From: a virus
Lineage: Duplodnaviria; Caudoviricetes
Length of the DNA: 64,000 nt
Strand: one strand, 5' to 3'
Virus record (IMG/VR): IMGVR_UViG_3300037714_000131
Coordinates: 1 to 64,000 of that record
A program made the translations under genes and the position numbers. Under the pieces are notes generated by a model. That model saw nothing but the letters and a program-made list of their open reading frames with translations. It searched no databases and was not told the origin of the DNA. Within the stretch, counting starts at the first letter, position 1. The number at the start of each line of letters is the position of its first letter. Below are positions 28,542 to 37,710 of this stretch, one piece after another.

Positions 28542-28874
28542 ATGGCCGGATGGACTGACATCGAAAAGCAAAAGCTCCGCAACCTCCATGCGCAAGGTCT
28601 GACTCCCGCTGAGATGGTTGACCATTTCCCCGGCCGGACGCGCAATTCCATCATATCGCGCCTGCGTGACATGAATTTGGCAACGCGCTCGACCTTCCTT
28701 GAGCGCGGGATGGCTGGCCGCCGTGAAGGATGGAGGGGAGAAGATACCGATCTGGTCATCCGCCTTCGTTGCAAATGGAATTGGCCGCCAAAGTCCATAG
28801 CTCAGGCGCTCGGGAAGCGCCCAAAGGCGGTTTACAACATCCTCGACAAATATACGGAGTGGCCCGCTGCATGA
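28542..28874 (+). CDS. GcrA-like HTH protein (two HTH units)
   Basis: WTDIEKQKLRNLHAQGLTPAEM...GRTRNSIISRLRDM resembles the GcrA N-terminus. Confidence 0.65.
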   Translation: MAGWTDIEKQKLRNLHAQGLTPAEMVDHFPGRTRNSIISRLRDMNLATRSTFLERGMAGRREGWRGEDTDLVIRLRCKWNWPPKSIAQALGKRPKAVYNILDKYTEWPAA

Positions 28875-29205
28875 GCGATTACCCTCGCCTTGATGACTAC
28901 GATCTCCGCCGCGCCATCAATATGTGGTGGCGGAAATTCAACACAACTCAGATCGCCAAGAAGCTCGATGTCGATGAGGCCAGCGTCGCCAATTCCATCG
29001 GCCATTGGAGAGACAAAGAATACCTGAAACGGCGGGCCGTGGCATGACTAAAATCGGCGACATCTACCGTCTTCAAATCGACAAGGACGGCAAAGTCAAA
29101 GTCGAACGCGATGAGGCCAAGGTCAAATCCCGTAAGCCTGTATGCGCTCGTTACGCGAAGAATAAAACGCGGGTCGCCAAGCGCGGGGAGGTCTCGAATG
29201 TATGA
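28871..29205 (+). CDS. Two small coupled ORFs (28871-29047 HTH-like; 29044-29205)
   Basis: ATGA overlaps. Confidence 0.5.
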
Positions 29206-30013
29206 CGCTGCAGACAATTCGAGCAAGTCATACGACGTGGCGATTTCTTCCCTGCGGGAACGGCTGGAAAAATCGAAAGTCGTGATCGGCGATTGTACGC
29301 TGTATTGTGAGGATTGCCGGTTCATCCTGCCGACGCTCCACAACATTGACGCCGTCGTGACCGATCCCCCCTACGGGATTTCTTATGTTTCCTCCAGGAG
29401 GAAACACGGCGACACGATCATGCTCAATGAGGATGATCGTGCCGCCATAGATACTGTCGCAATGATGGCGCGTCCGCTTCGGGATGGCGGCGCTATGTAT
29501 TTGTGCACACGTTTTGATGTTGCGCCGCTCTGGCAGCAAACTATTGAGCAGGCAGGGTTAACCCTCAAGACGCCAATCGTCTGGGATAAGACCAACCACA
29601 CCAGCGGCGATCTCACTGGCGACTATGGCAATCAGGTCGAACTGATCCTTTTCGCACATAAGGGCCGCCACGTGCTCCGCAATGGCAGGGATGCAAACCT
29701 GTGGCGGATAGCCCGCCCGTTGTTCGGGGACCACCCTACACCGAAGCCTGTAGCCCTCATGGCGCGCATGATCCGCAATAGCACCGATGCCGGAGATACG
29801 GTGCTGGACGCCTTCATGGGCGGTGGCCCGACTGCGATTGCCTGCATGCAGCTTGGTCGCAAGTTTATCGGCATCGAAAAAGACGCGGGACACTTCAAGG
29901 CAGCAGCGCGCCGCATAGAGCAAGCCTACGCCCAAGGCGATCTCTTCGTCGCTGCTCCAAGCGCGAAGCCTAAGCAGCTCGATCTGGAGGAAAGCCTCTC
30001 CAATGTCAGATGA
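29198..30013 (+). CDS. DNA amino-methyltransferase (N6A/N4C, beta class)
   Basis: VTDPPYG, HPTPKPVAL, VLDAFMGGG. Confidence 0.9.
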   Translation: MYDAADNSSKSYDVAISSLRERLEKSKVVIGDCTLYCEDCRFILPTLHNIDAVVTDPPYGISYVSSRRKHGDTIMLNEDDRAAIDTVAMMARPLRDGGAMYLCTRFDVAPLWQQTIEQAGLTLKTPIVWDKTNHTSGDLTGDYGNQVELILFAHKGRHVLRNGRDANLWRIARPLFGDHPTPKPVALMARMIRNSTDAGDTVLDAFMGGGPTAIACMQLGRKFIGIEKDAGHFKAAARRIEQAYAQGDLFVAAPSAKPKQLDLEESLSNVR

Positions 30014-30091
30014 TTTTACGAGATCCCGCTGTTAGCGCAGCGGGTACACAGTGGCTTCAAAGTCACATCTTTCAACGAAAGTGATGATACC

Positions 30092-31021
30092 ATGATTAAA
30101 GCACTTGCATCAACCAAAATCGCCACAATCGCGGCAGGAATTTTGGCATTTTCTGCCCCTGCACACTCGGCCGATATTTTCGACAAACGCCATGATGAAG
30201 CCTATGGCTCGGCTCCGCAGGGAACTGCGGTGAACTGGACTGGATTTTATCTCGGCGGTGCTATCGGGTATGGGAACGCAAATCACGACCTGAGCGTGCG
30301 GGATTATTTCAAAGGGTACTGCTCTGATAATACGTCTAGCATTGACTTCGATCCGTTTTCCGATCCGGACAGAGAGAAGACACTGGAGAACCGAATTGAA
30401 GCAGCTGACCCTAACCCAGTGTGGGCTTCATGTGAAGATGTCGATACCAAAGCGGAACCCGACGAATCGTTTTCAACGATCTCCGGCGACAGCCGCGAAA
30501 TCGCCTCTCTCGACGGCCTGAACAGCACCGGCCTCGTCGGCGATATCCGCGTCGGCTATGACCAGCAGCTCAGCAATCGCCTTCTGGCCGGCGTCTTCGG
30601 CACCTATGGCTTTTCGAGCATGGATGCTGACGGCACGAATGTCTTGTTCGGTGACAGCTTCAAGCTCGAACGCGGCGATGACTGGTCGGTTGGCGCTCGC
30701 GCCGGTGTGCTGGTCAACAACAGTACTCTGCTCTACGCCCTCGCTGCCTACACTCAGACCGAATACGATCTGAGCGTCACAAGCAATGCGGCCACTCTCA
30801 GCAAGACCACGACCTTTGACGGCATCACTGTCGGCGGCGGCATCGAGTTTGCAGCAGCCAACAACATCTTCCTCGGAATCGAAGGCACACACACCTTCTA
30901 CAACAAGGAAACGATCTTCGATGTTTACGACGCTGACAGCAACGTCGGCACCAGCGTTGACGATGATCTCGGGGAAACGAAGATTTTAGGCACGCTGAAA
31001 ATCAAGCTCAACAGCTTCTAA
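30092..31021 (+). CDS. Outer-membrane beta-barrel protein, Omp25/RopB family
   Basis: Signal peptide ending AHSAD; NWTGFYLGGAIGYG; RVGYDQQ; G.TVGGGIEFA; terminal Phe. Confidence 0.85.
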   Translation: MIKALASTKIATIAAGILAFSAPAHSADIFDKRHDEAYGSAPQGTAVNWTGFYLGGAIGYGNANHDLSVRDYFKGYCSDNTSSIDFDPFSDPDREKTLENRIEAADPNPVWASCEDVDTKAEPDESFSTISGDSREIASLDGLNSTGLVGDIRVGYDQQLSNRLLAGVFGTYGFSSMDADGTNVLFGDSFKLERGDDWSVGARAGVLVNNSTLLYALAAYTQTEYDLSVTSNAATLSKTTTFDGITVGGGIEFAAANNIFLGIEGTHTFYNKETIFDVYDADSNVGTSVDDDLGETKILGTLKIKLNSF

Positions 31022-31089
31022 TCCCTAACGTTTCACCAAGCCCGGCGGCAATACGCTGCCGGGCAGCAATCAACAATGGAGACTGACAC

Positions 31090-31284
31090 ATGGACGAAAT
31101 GACCGACTACCGCGCCGAAGAGCAGGAAGAGTGCGAGGTCGATAATAGCACTCGCTTTAACGAAAGCGAGCAGCGCCGGATCATTGCGCTGGATATGGCA
31201 ATCAGGGTTCGCGGCGACATGCCCGACGATGAGAGTATCGTCAAAACTTCCCGCGCTTTCGAAGCTTTCCTTAAGGGAGACTGA
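31090..31284 (+). CDS. Hypothetical acidic protein
   Basis: GGAG RBS. Confidence 0.55.
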   Translation: MDEMTDYRAEEQEECEVDNSTRFNESEQRRIIALDMAIRVRGDMPDDESIVKTSRAFEAFLKGD

Positions 31285-31426
31285 CAATGACAGAATTCCT
31301 AAAAGCCTATTGGCCCTGGATCGCGCTGATCGCGGTCCTCGCAGCACTAGGATTAGCTGCGTCTGAATATATTGACGCCGCCCCGAGCATGCTGCCAGGC
31401 GGTGAAGGAACCGGAGGAGAACGCTG

Positions 31427-31630
31427 ATGGAAGACCGTATGCTGCAGTTTTTCGCTTTCGATCATCTCCCTGATCATTTGAAGGAAGTGAGCCGACAATT
31501 TCACATGACGGCGGAATGGATCGTCCAGTTCCTTCCTTCTAACGCAGAACGGACGGTCGCCCTGCGGAAGCTGCTCGAAGCCAAGGACTGCGCCGTGCGC
31601 GCTCGTCTCTATGTGGAGCCGACACAGTGA
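31427..31630 (+). CDS. Conserved small phage helical-hairpin protein
   Basis: LQFFAFDHLP...SNAERTVALRKLLEAKDCAVRA. Confidence 0.7.
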   Translation: MEDRMLQFFAFDHLPDHLKEVSRQFHMTAEWIVQFLPSNAERTVALRKLLEAKDCAVRARLYVEPTQ

Positions 31631-32401
31631 GCACCGTAGCAGAAGACGCCCCGGAAGCGAAGCCCCACGGCGGCTACGCGGCGTACCACATCCCGACGCG
31701 GATGGAACGGTTCTGGCGCTCGATGGGCTTCCGTTTCCATCATGGCGAAGATCCCGAAGGCGTTGACGATCTTCCGGGCTGGATGCGCTCGGAAATCCGC
31801 TTGAACTTCAGCTTCAGCGACAGGCTCCGCCTTTTGCTGACCGGGCGTCTCCGGCTGACGCTGACACAGTACACGCCGGTTCAATGTGATTTCGCGAAGA
31901 ACCGGCTGGACTGGTCGATCAAAGCTCCGGGGGAACGATGAGAGCGAACGTCTGTCTTTGGCCGCCGGCACGTCCAAAGAAGCAGGAAGCCGAACTTTAT
32001 GAAGGCATCCGGTCAACGATCATCCGCGCGCACTGTTCGGCCAAGCGTGGCCCGCATCTGTGCTGTGGGCGGATAACGATAGATCGAACCGAAATGCTTC
32101 TGCAATGCCCTCTCTGCGGAGATGTGAAGATGCAGCTCGGAAAGGATACGCAATGCGCACACGAGACAAACTAGCCGCCGAGCTTCGCAAGGTTGCTGAA
32201 CAGGCGTCACCAGCGAATGCAGCGAAATACGAGGCGTTCGCGAAGCGTGCGGCAACCGGAGAGTTCGACGCCACGAAAGAAGAATCCGATGAGTGGGTCT
32301 ACAGCGAAGATGGTCAAGCCGCTTTCCGTCAACTGCCGGCGGAAATGCGCAAGGTCATCAACGGTGGCGTCGATCCGCTTATCCCGGATGTGAAGCACTA
32401 A
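31627..32401 (+). CDS. Three small coupled hypothetical genes (31627-31941, 31938-32174, 32153-32401)
   Basis: Overlapping starts and stops. Confidence 0.55.
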
Positions 32402-32415
32402 GGAGAACGCTGACC

Positions 32416-33644
32416 GTAACCGATCCCCGCCCTGAAGGACGAGGCTTTTCCCTAGGCGGCATTTTAGGCGGCCTGAGAACATAAGGGCGGGGTTACAAGT
32501 GCCGCCCTCGCCCGCAACGCGATGTTGCGAGCAGCGTGTAAATCGGCGGGCTCAGAATGAGAGCACGCAACACAGGAGAAGGTAGCTTGATTAGGTCTGT
32601 TCCTATCGTCGATCGTTCCGCAGACGCGGCACCCTTTGGAGGTGTAGCGCGGATCGACCTTGACGACCGGAAGCCCGGCGAGACGCGACTTGTATTCGAT
32701 AAAGGCGCGGAGCTGGGCGAAAGACCAGGAATGCAAGCGCGATCGTTGTGGGCGGCGGGCCTTAACCCTGCGGCGGATATGCGTGAGTTCCTCAATCGCA
32801 ATCGCGCGCCGGGAGCGTTCAGCCTCGGTAACGAGCACCTTCGATATGCAGTGGTTAGTGTGTTTTCTAAAGCGGGCCTCCTTACCCGCGAGTGCTTTCA
32901 GGCGACGTTTTGCGGCCTTGGTTCCACGGCTTTGAAGGCCGGCCTTGCGGCGTGCGAGCTTACTGCGGACTTTCTCGATGTCCGCTCCGGTATGGCTGTT
33001 GCCGTCACTATCGAAGGCGAGATTGACGATACCGAGATCGACGCCAAGAACACCTTCGATGCCGATCTCTTCCGGGTCCGGAACGTCGCAGACGCAAGCG
33101 AGATACCACTTGCTCTTGACGAACATCAGATCGACTTCGCCCTTGCGGAAGGCGAGCAGCGCGCTCTGGCGTTCACCACAGACGAAGGGGATCTTCTCGC
33201 GTCCGGCAAGCGTCCAGATACTCACTCGATCATCGGACAGGAAACGCACGATCCGGTCATCATAGGGCTGTGCGGCGAAGCGGCGGAAGCTGCGTTGCCC
33301 GTCTTTGCCGACCTTGTAGGCGTCAGCCACTTTGGCGATGCAACGGACGGCGGCTTGCGCGGTCAGCCCGTACATCTCGCGAATTTCAGCGTAGGCCAGC
33401 CGGTGCAAGTCGAATTGCCGGGTCTTGCCCGTCTCGAAGCCGCGAGCGGAGAGGTAATTGCAAGCCTGATTGCAACGCTCAAGTGTCTGCCGCAACAGAC
33501 TTTCCTGCTCTGGCGTCGGCTTGAGTTTGATATTCGCAATCAGTTTCATTCTCTCCATATTGGAGATGTTCTTGAAAAGTTCAAGCAAGAAAGGCGCGAA
33601 TTCCTCCCCGGCCTGAACGCCGGGGTATCCTTCGCGGAAATCAG
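32416..33644 (-). mobile_element. IS200/IS605-family solo tnpB element 2
   Basis: Left-end hairpin CCCCGG...CCGGGG (about 33605-33625); right-end hairpin ending GTTAC at 32416; TAM TTCAT; removal restores AGGAGAACGCTGACC-ATG. Confidence 0.85.
32464..33549 (-). CDS. tnpB: RNA-guided endonuclease TnpB
   Basis: GVDLG, IAIEEL, YTSKGCRVCG, ADLHAARNI. Confidence 0.95.
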   Translation of the reverse strand: MKLIANIKLKPTPEQESLLRQTLERCNQACNYLSARGFETGKTRQFDLHRLAYAEIREMYGLTAQAAVRCIAKVADAYKVGKDGQRSFRRFAAQPYDDRIVRFLSDDRVSIWTLAGREKIPFVCGERQSALLAFRKGEVDLMFVKSKWYLACVCDVPDPEEIGIEGVLGVDLGIVNLAFDSDGNSHTGADIEKVRSKLARRKAGLQSRGTKAAKRRLKALAGKEARFRKHTNHCISKVLVTEAERSRRAIAIEELTHIRRRVKARRPQRSRLHSWSFAQLRAFIEYKSRLAGLPVVKVDPRYTSKGCRVCGTIDDRNRPNQATFSCVACSHSEPADLHAARNIALRARAALVTPPLCSQAA

Positions 33645-33827
33645 ATGAAAGTCATACCGTACCCGATGAGCGCCATGAGGATCAGCTTCAGCATTTGCCC
33701 GTTCACCTTCTGGTGGAAGCCGAGCTTCACGAAGAAAGACCTCACCGAGTTTGCCCGCGAGCAGGGCGCTACACTCTGGTGGGCGCGCTGGCTTTGGTTC
33801 CAGATTTCTTACGATCGAATGCTTTGA
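33645..33827 (+). CDS. Hypothetical protein separated from its RBS by element 2
   Basis: The ATG abuts the element end. Confidence 0.55.
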   Translation: MKVIPYPMSAMRISFSICPFTFWWKPSFTKKDLTEFAREQGATLWWARWLWFQISYDRML

Positions 33828-33941
33828 AAAGCGAAAGCCGGGAACAGGCCCGTCAGCCTTCCCGACTTGTGAAGTCCCATCAATGTAGCGTCCCGCGTTC
33901 CAGTTCCCCCGCGTATCCGAGTAGCAATCGTAGAGGTAATC

Positions 33942-35174
33942 ATGACTCAACGCAAGGATCTATGGTGGGTTGCTCCGGCATCGCTGGCGCTGCTTATCCT
34001 GATTGGCGTCTCTGGCGCGGGGAACTTTCTGTATGGCCTGTCATTCGGCGGTCCAATCATTGGTGCTGCGTCGATCGCTTTCGACTTCCTCAAGATCGTC
34101 GCGCTGATCGGCGTTTTCGTCTTGTGGCACAAGCGATACCCGCTGCAAGCCATCGCGCTGTTCATGCTGTTTATCGGCGCGACCGGCTGGTCGATGTTTT
34201 CGGCTGTCGGTTTCATGTCAAGCCAGTTTGCCACGTTGCAAGATGACCGTGGAAAAACGGCATCACAATGGCAAGCGCTGACATCGCAGATCGATCAGTT
34301 GCAAGAGCGCCGCAAGCATGTCGAAGCGGCGCGGCCGCAGAACACCGTACGGGCTGACATCGACGCTCTGCTTCGTGTACCGGGCATAAACGGTTGTCAG
34401 AAAATCGACGGCCCGGTGACGGCACAGCACTGCCCGCAATACGACAAGCTGAAAGCGGAGCTTGGCAACGCCGAGGCGGCGGCATGGTTGGACGGCAGAC
34501 TTGACGAACTGCGTCAGGAATTGCGCAAGACTGATCGCGTTACTGTCATCGATCCACGGACGGACTCGATAACGGCGCTCAGTGGCGTTGCGGCTGCAAG
34601 CGTTGCGCTCTTCATCAAATTTTTCTTTGCAGGGCTGATCGAGTGCGCAACAGCATTCGGCCTTTGGGCTGTCTGGTCACCGTTCTTTGGCCGCAAGATC
34701 GTCAGAGAGCCGTTGTCAGCCCCGGAAGCCGATAGCGCTCCGATCGTTGCCAGCGAACCGCCCAAGTCCCTGACAACGCCTGCTGGCCCGTCTGGAGGTA
34801 CAAGGAAGACTGGCAATGCTCTTGGCGACATGGTCAAGCGCGAGATGGCGTTGTCAGTTCAGTTGTCAAAGCCTGAAAAACCAACGCTTACCGTTGTCAG
34901 AGACAAGATCGTCAAGCCGGAAGAAATCGCCCGTGCATGGTCGCTGGAATTCGCCCCTCCTGGCACTGGTCGCCGCGTTGTCAGTGCTGTCAGCGCCCGC
35001 TGGCATCACAGCCAATGGTGTTCGATGGCCAATGTCAAAAAGCTTGGCCCGCAGCAACTCGGTCTGGCGTTGAAAAAGGTCGGCGTCGGCATCGACCGTT
35101 CGAGCGGAAAGGGCTCGACTTACATCTTTAACCCGATGGAGCAGGAGGTTGAGAAGATCGCCGTTTATGGCTGA
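33942..35174 (+). CDS. Multi-pass membrane protein with coiled coil
   Basis: Three N-terminal TM segments, a coiled coil and a fourth TM. Confidence 0.7.
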   Translation: MTQRKDLWWVAPASLALLILIGVSGAGNFLYGLSFGGPIIGAASIAFDFLKIVALIGVFVLWHKRYPLQAIALFMLFIGATGWSMFSAVGFMSSQFATLQDDRGKTASQWQALTSQIDQLQERRKHVEAARPQNTVRADIDALLRVPGINGCQKIDGPVTAQHCPQYDKLKAELGNAEAAAWLDGRLDELRQELRKTDRVTVIDPRTDSITALSGVAAASVALFIKFFFAGLIECATAFGLWAVWSPFFGRKIVREPLSAPEADSAPIVASEPPKSLTTPAGPSGGTRKTGNALGDMVKREMALSVQLSKPEKPTLTVVRDKIVKPEEIARAWSLEFAPPGTGRRVVSAVSARWHHSQWCSMANVKKLGPQQLGLALKKVGVGIDRSSGKGSTYIFNPMEQEVEKIAVYG

Positions 35175-35366
35175 TCGGCCGTGTCTGGCTTGGGGGCTTG
35201 GACACGGCGAGGCTGGTGGGCTGTTGGCAGCAGCCCATCCAGAATTTCGCAGAGTTTGATGAATGACTTGGGGGCTTTTGGCAACCCGCCCCGGAGGCAG
35301 AGGCTCAAGAAGATGAGCCGAAAACTGAAACACAACATTTAGCGGTGGCGAGGAGGCCACTTACAA

Positions 35367-35810
35367 ATGCAAGAGATATATAACCGCAAATCATATTCGG
35401 CGCAAGCCTTGGATGAACTGCCGCTAGACACCGTCAACATCGGTGCCGATGGCGACGACTTCACGGCGATAGACATCGGCCCCAAGCTTGCGCCACCGGA
35501 GCAGAGACAAGCGCTTTTCGCCCGGTTCAACGCCGCCCCCGATGCAAAGTTCATCTACCGTGGCATCATCAGGGAATGGATCACATCCTGCTACAGCGCC
35601 AAACACGCGGTTTTCTCGCTTCGTGTCTGTGGCCTGATTGCAGACCCGTACACTGGAGATCCATATGATCTGATGTCTCGGGCCGCTGAAACCGAATTCC
35701 CCGGTGTAGCGCTTCCTGAGCGTGTCTCAGCCCCTATTCAACCAGAATACGTCAATCCCGATCTTGTCGCCGCTCTTGCGCCGGCTCGCACGGTTGGAGG
35801 CGCAGCATGA
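35367..35810 (+). CDS. Hypothetical protein
   Basis: GGAGG RBS; coupled to tnpB 3. Confidence 0.55.
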   Translation: MQEIYNRKSYSAQALDELPLDTVNIGADGDDFTAIDIGPKLAPPEQRQALFARFNAAPDAKFIYRGIIREWITSCYSAKHAVFSLRVCGLIADPYTGDPYDLMSRAAETEFPGVALPERVSAPIQPEYVNPDLVAALAPARTVGGAA

Positions 35811-36901
35811 AACTAACATACAAGTTTCGCCTTCGCGACAGGCACTCGTCTGAATTGAACCGGCAAGCACGGGCGATAAACTACGTCTGGAATTACTGCA
35901 ACGAAACACAGCAGAAAGCAGTCCGATCCGGCCGCAAATGGCTAACGGCCGTCGATCTCCAAAAGCTAACATCCGGGTCGTCGGAGATGCTCGGACTTTC
36001 AGCGCAAAGCATCTGCAAGGTCTGCCAGCAATACGACCGTTCACGAAAAACAAAGCGCAAACCGTGGCTCCGTTGGCGCAGCCGCAAATCGCTTGGGTGG
36101 ATACCGTTTCATGCTGAGTCCGTGTCGTTCGACGGCGAGACATTCAAGTTTCGTGGGCAACACTATGACCTGATGCACCAACGCGATTTTCCGGAATGCG
36201 CAAAGTTCGGTGCAGGCTCGTTCAATCAGGATTCGAAAGGCCGCTGGTACATCAACGCCGTTGTCGAGGTCGCGACTGCCGACCATGCCCCGCTCACCCG
36301 CGTCGGCATCGACCTTGGCCTGAAAGATCTCGCCACACTGAGCGACGGTCGGAAGATCGAAACTCCTCGCTTCTATCGCAAATCCGAGGCTGCGCTTGCC
36401 GTCCTTCAGCGCGCCCGGAAATCAAAGCGCGTTCGCAACATTCACGCCAAGATCGCGAACCGTCGCAAGGATTTTCTACACAAGGCCAGCACCGCGCTGG
36501 CGAAGGAATACGGGCTGATCATCATTGGCGATGTCAGTCCGTCGAAGATTGCTCGGACTCATATGGCAAAGAGCGTGCTCGATGCCGGATGGGCGGACTT
36601 CAAGAGCCAGCTTTCGTACAAGGCAACTATGCATGGCGGAAGCGCTCTTGAGGCCCGTGAGCGCAACACTTCCGGGGACTGTTCTTCTTGCGGTGCAAGG
36701 AGCGGGCCGAGAGGCTTGAAGGATCTCCGAATAAGAGAATGGGACTGCGGCGAATGCGGAGCGGCGCACAACCGCGACGTGAACGCTGCGCAGAACATTC
36801 TCCGTCTCGGGCTGGAGACGCTTGCAGAAGGAGCCCGGAAATTTGCACCGGGAGCAGCCACCACTGGCTGGAAGGGCTTTCACACGGGAGAGCTGGTATG
36901 A
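35807..36901 (+). CDS. tnpB: RNA-guided endonuclease TnpB, operon-embedded
   Basis: TYKFRLRD start; GIDLG, IIGDV, RDVNAAQNI; right-end hairpin CCCGG/CCGGG ending CCAC (36861) lies inside the ORF. Confidence 0.95.
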   Translation: MKLTYKFRLRDRHSSELNRQARAINYVWNYCNETQQKAVRSGRKWLTAVDLQKLTSGSSEMLGLSAQSICKVCQQYDRSRKTKRKPWLRWRSRKSLGWIPFHAESVSFDGETFKFRGQHYDLMHQRDFPECAKFGAGSFNQDSKGRWYINAVVEVATADHAPLTRVGIDLGLKDLATLSDGRKIETPRFYRKSEAALAVLQRARKSKRVRNIHAKIANRRKDFLHKASTALAKEYGLIIIGDVSPSKIARTHMAKSVLDAGWADFKSQLSYKATMHGGSALEARERNTSGDCSSCGARSGPRGLKDLRIREWDCGECGAAHNRDVNAAQNILRLGLETLAEGARKFAPGAATTGWKGFHTGELV

Positions 36902-37710
36902 CCTATCGTGTTCTCTCACTGTTTTCGGGAATTGGCGGATTCTCGCTTGGCCTTGAACGAACCGGCGGCTTCAAGACCGTCGCCTTCTGCGAAATCGAAC
37001 CCTATTGCCAGGCGGTCCTCCGCAAGCATTGGCCGGAGGTGCCTGTTTATGACGACGTTCGAAACCTCACCATCGGACGACTGGCCGCAGATGGAATTTA
37101 CCCAGATGTTATCTGCGGAGGATTCCCCTGCCAGGACATCAGCGGAGCCGGACGTAAGGCAGGAATTGATGGCGAGCGTAGCGGACTCTGGGCTGAGTTC
37201 GCAAGGCTTATTGGCGAATTACGACCACGCTACGCGATCGTGGAGAACGTCGCAGATTTGCTTGTCAGGGGAATTGGACGTGTTCTCGGGGACTTGGCCT
37301 CGCTCGGGTACGATGCGGAGTGGCACGCTATCCCGGCTTGCGCCGTTGGCGCACCTCACGAACGAGACCGTATCTGGATTATTGCCTACGCCCAGGGCAT
37401 CGGATGCGGACAGGGGAGGTCGCGGCGATCTAATACAGGTCATCCGCGGCAACAAACGGAACAGTTCGCACCGGCTGCCGACGCCCCGCCGATGCTCCGG
37501 CCTGCGCTCATCAGGGAGCAACAGGACCGAGCTTTACGAGAGCACTGGGAGACTGATTGGCAAGAATTCGCTGCGTCGCTTCGTGGAGTGGATGATGGGG
37601 TATCCGGCCGGATACACGGACTTGCCGCCCTCGGCAATACCCTCGTCCCCCAAATCCCGGAAATAATCGGCAGAGCCATTCTCTCTGCGGGAGGCACCGC
37701 CAATGCGTAA
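36898..37710 (+). CDS. DNA cytosine-5 methyltransferase, alpha polypeptide
   Basis: LFSGIGG (I), GGFPCQD (IV), ENV (VI), RDRIWI (VIII), LGNTLVP (X); lacks motif IX. Confidence 0.9.
   Translation: MTYRVLSLFSGIGGFSLGLERTGGFKTVAFCEIEPYCQAVLRKHWPEVPVYDDVRNLTIGRLAADGIYPDVICGGFPCQDISGAGRKAGIDGERSGLWAEFARLIGELRPRYAIVENVADLLVRGIGRVLGDLASLGYDAEWHAIPACAVGAPHERDRIWIIAYAQGIGCGQGRSRRSNTGHPRQQTEQFAPAADAPPMLRPALIREQQDRALREHWETDWQEFAASLRGVDDGVSGRIHGLAALGNTLVPQIPEIIGRAILSAGGTANA
37106..37666 (+). CDS. Putative beta polypeptide of the C5 MTase in an overlapping frame
   Basis: WPRSG, LPTPRASD repeats and FVEWMMGYPAGYT (motif IX); start uncertain (37049/37091/37106). Confidence 0.7.
   Translation: MLSAEDSPARTSAEPDVRQELMASVADSGLSSQGLLANYDHATRSWRTSQICLSGELDVFSGTWPRSGTMRSGTLSRLAPLAHLTNETVSGLLPTPRASDADRGGRGDLIQVIRGNKRNSSHRLPTPRRCSGLRSSGSNRTELYESTGRLIGKNSLRRFVEWMMGYPAGYTDLPPSAIPSSPKSRK

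Noticed and set aside
29198-30013. Calling the MTase CcrM
   Set aside because: It shares only general beta-class motifs; the CcrM-specific DPPYNLQL context is absent
32557-33648. 363-aa plus-strand ORF
   Set aside because: Antisense shadow of tnpB 2
35807-36901. Nuclease-dead TldR-type repressor or Cas12 effector
   Set aside because: RuvC acidic residues are retained in all three TnpBs and there is no adjacent CRISPR array
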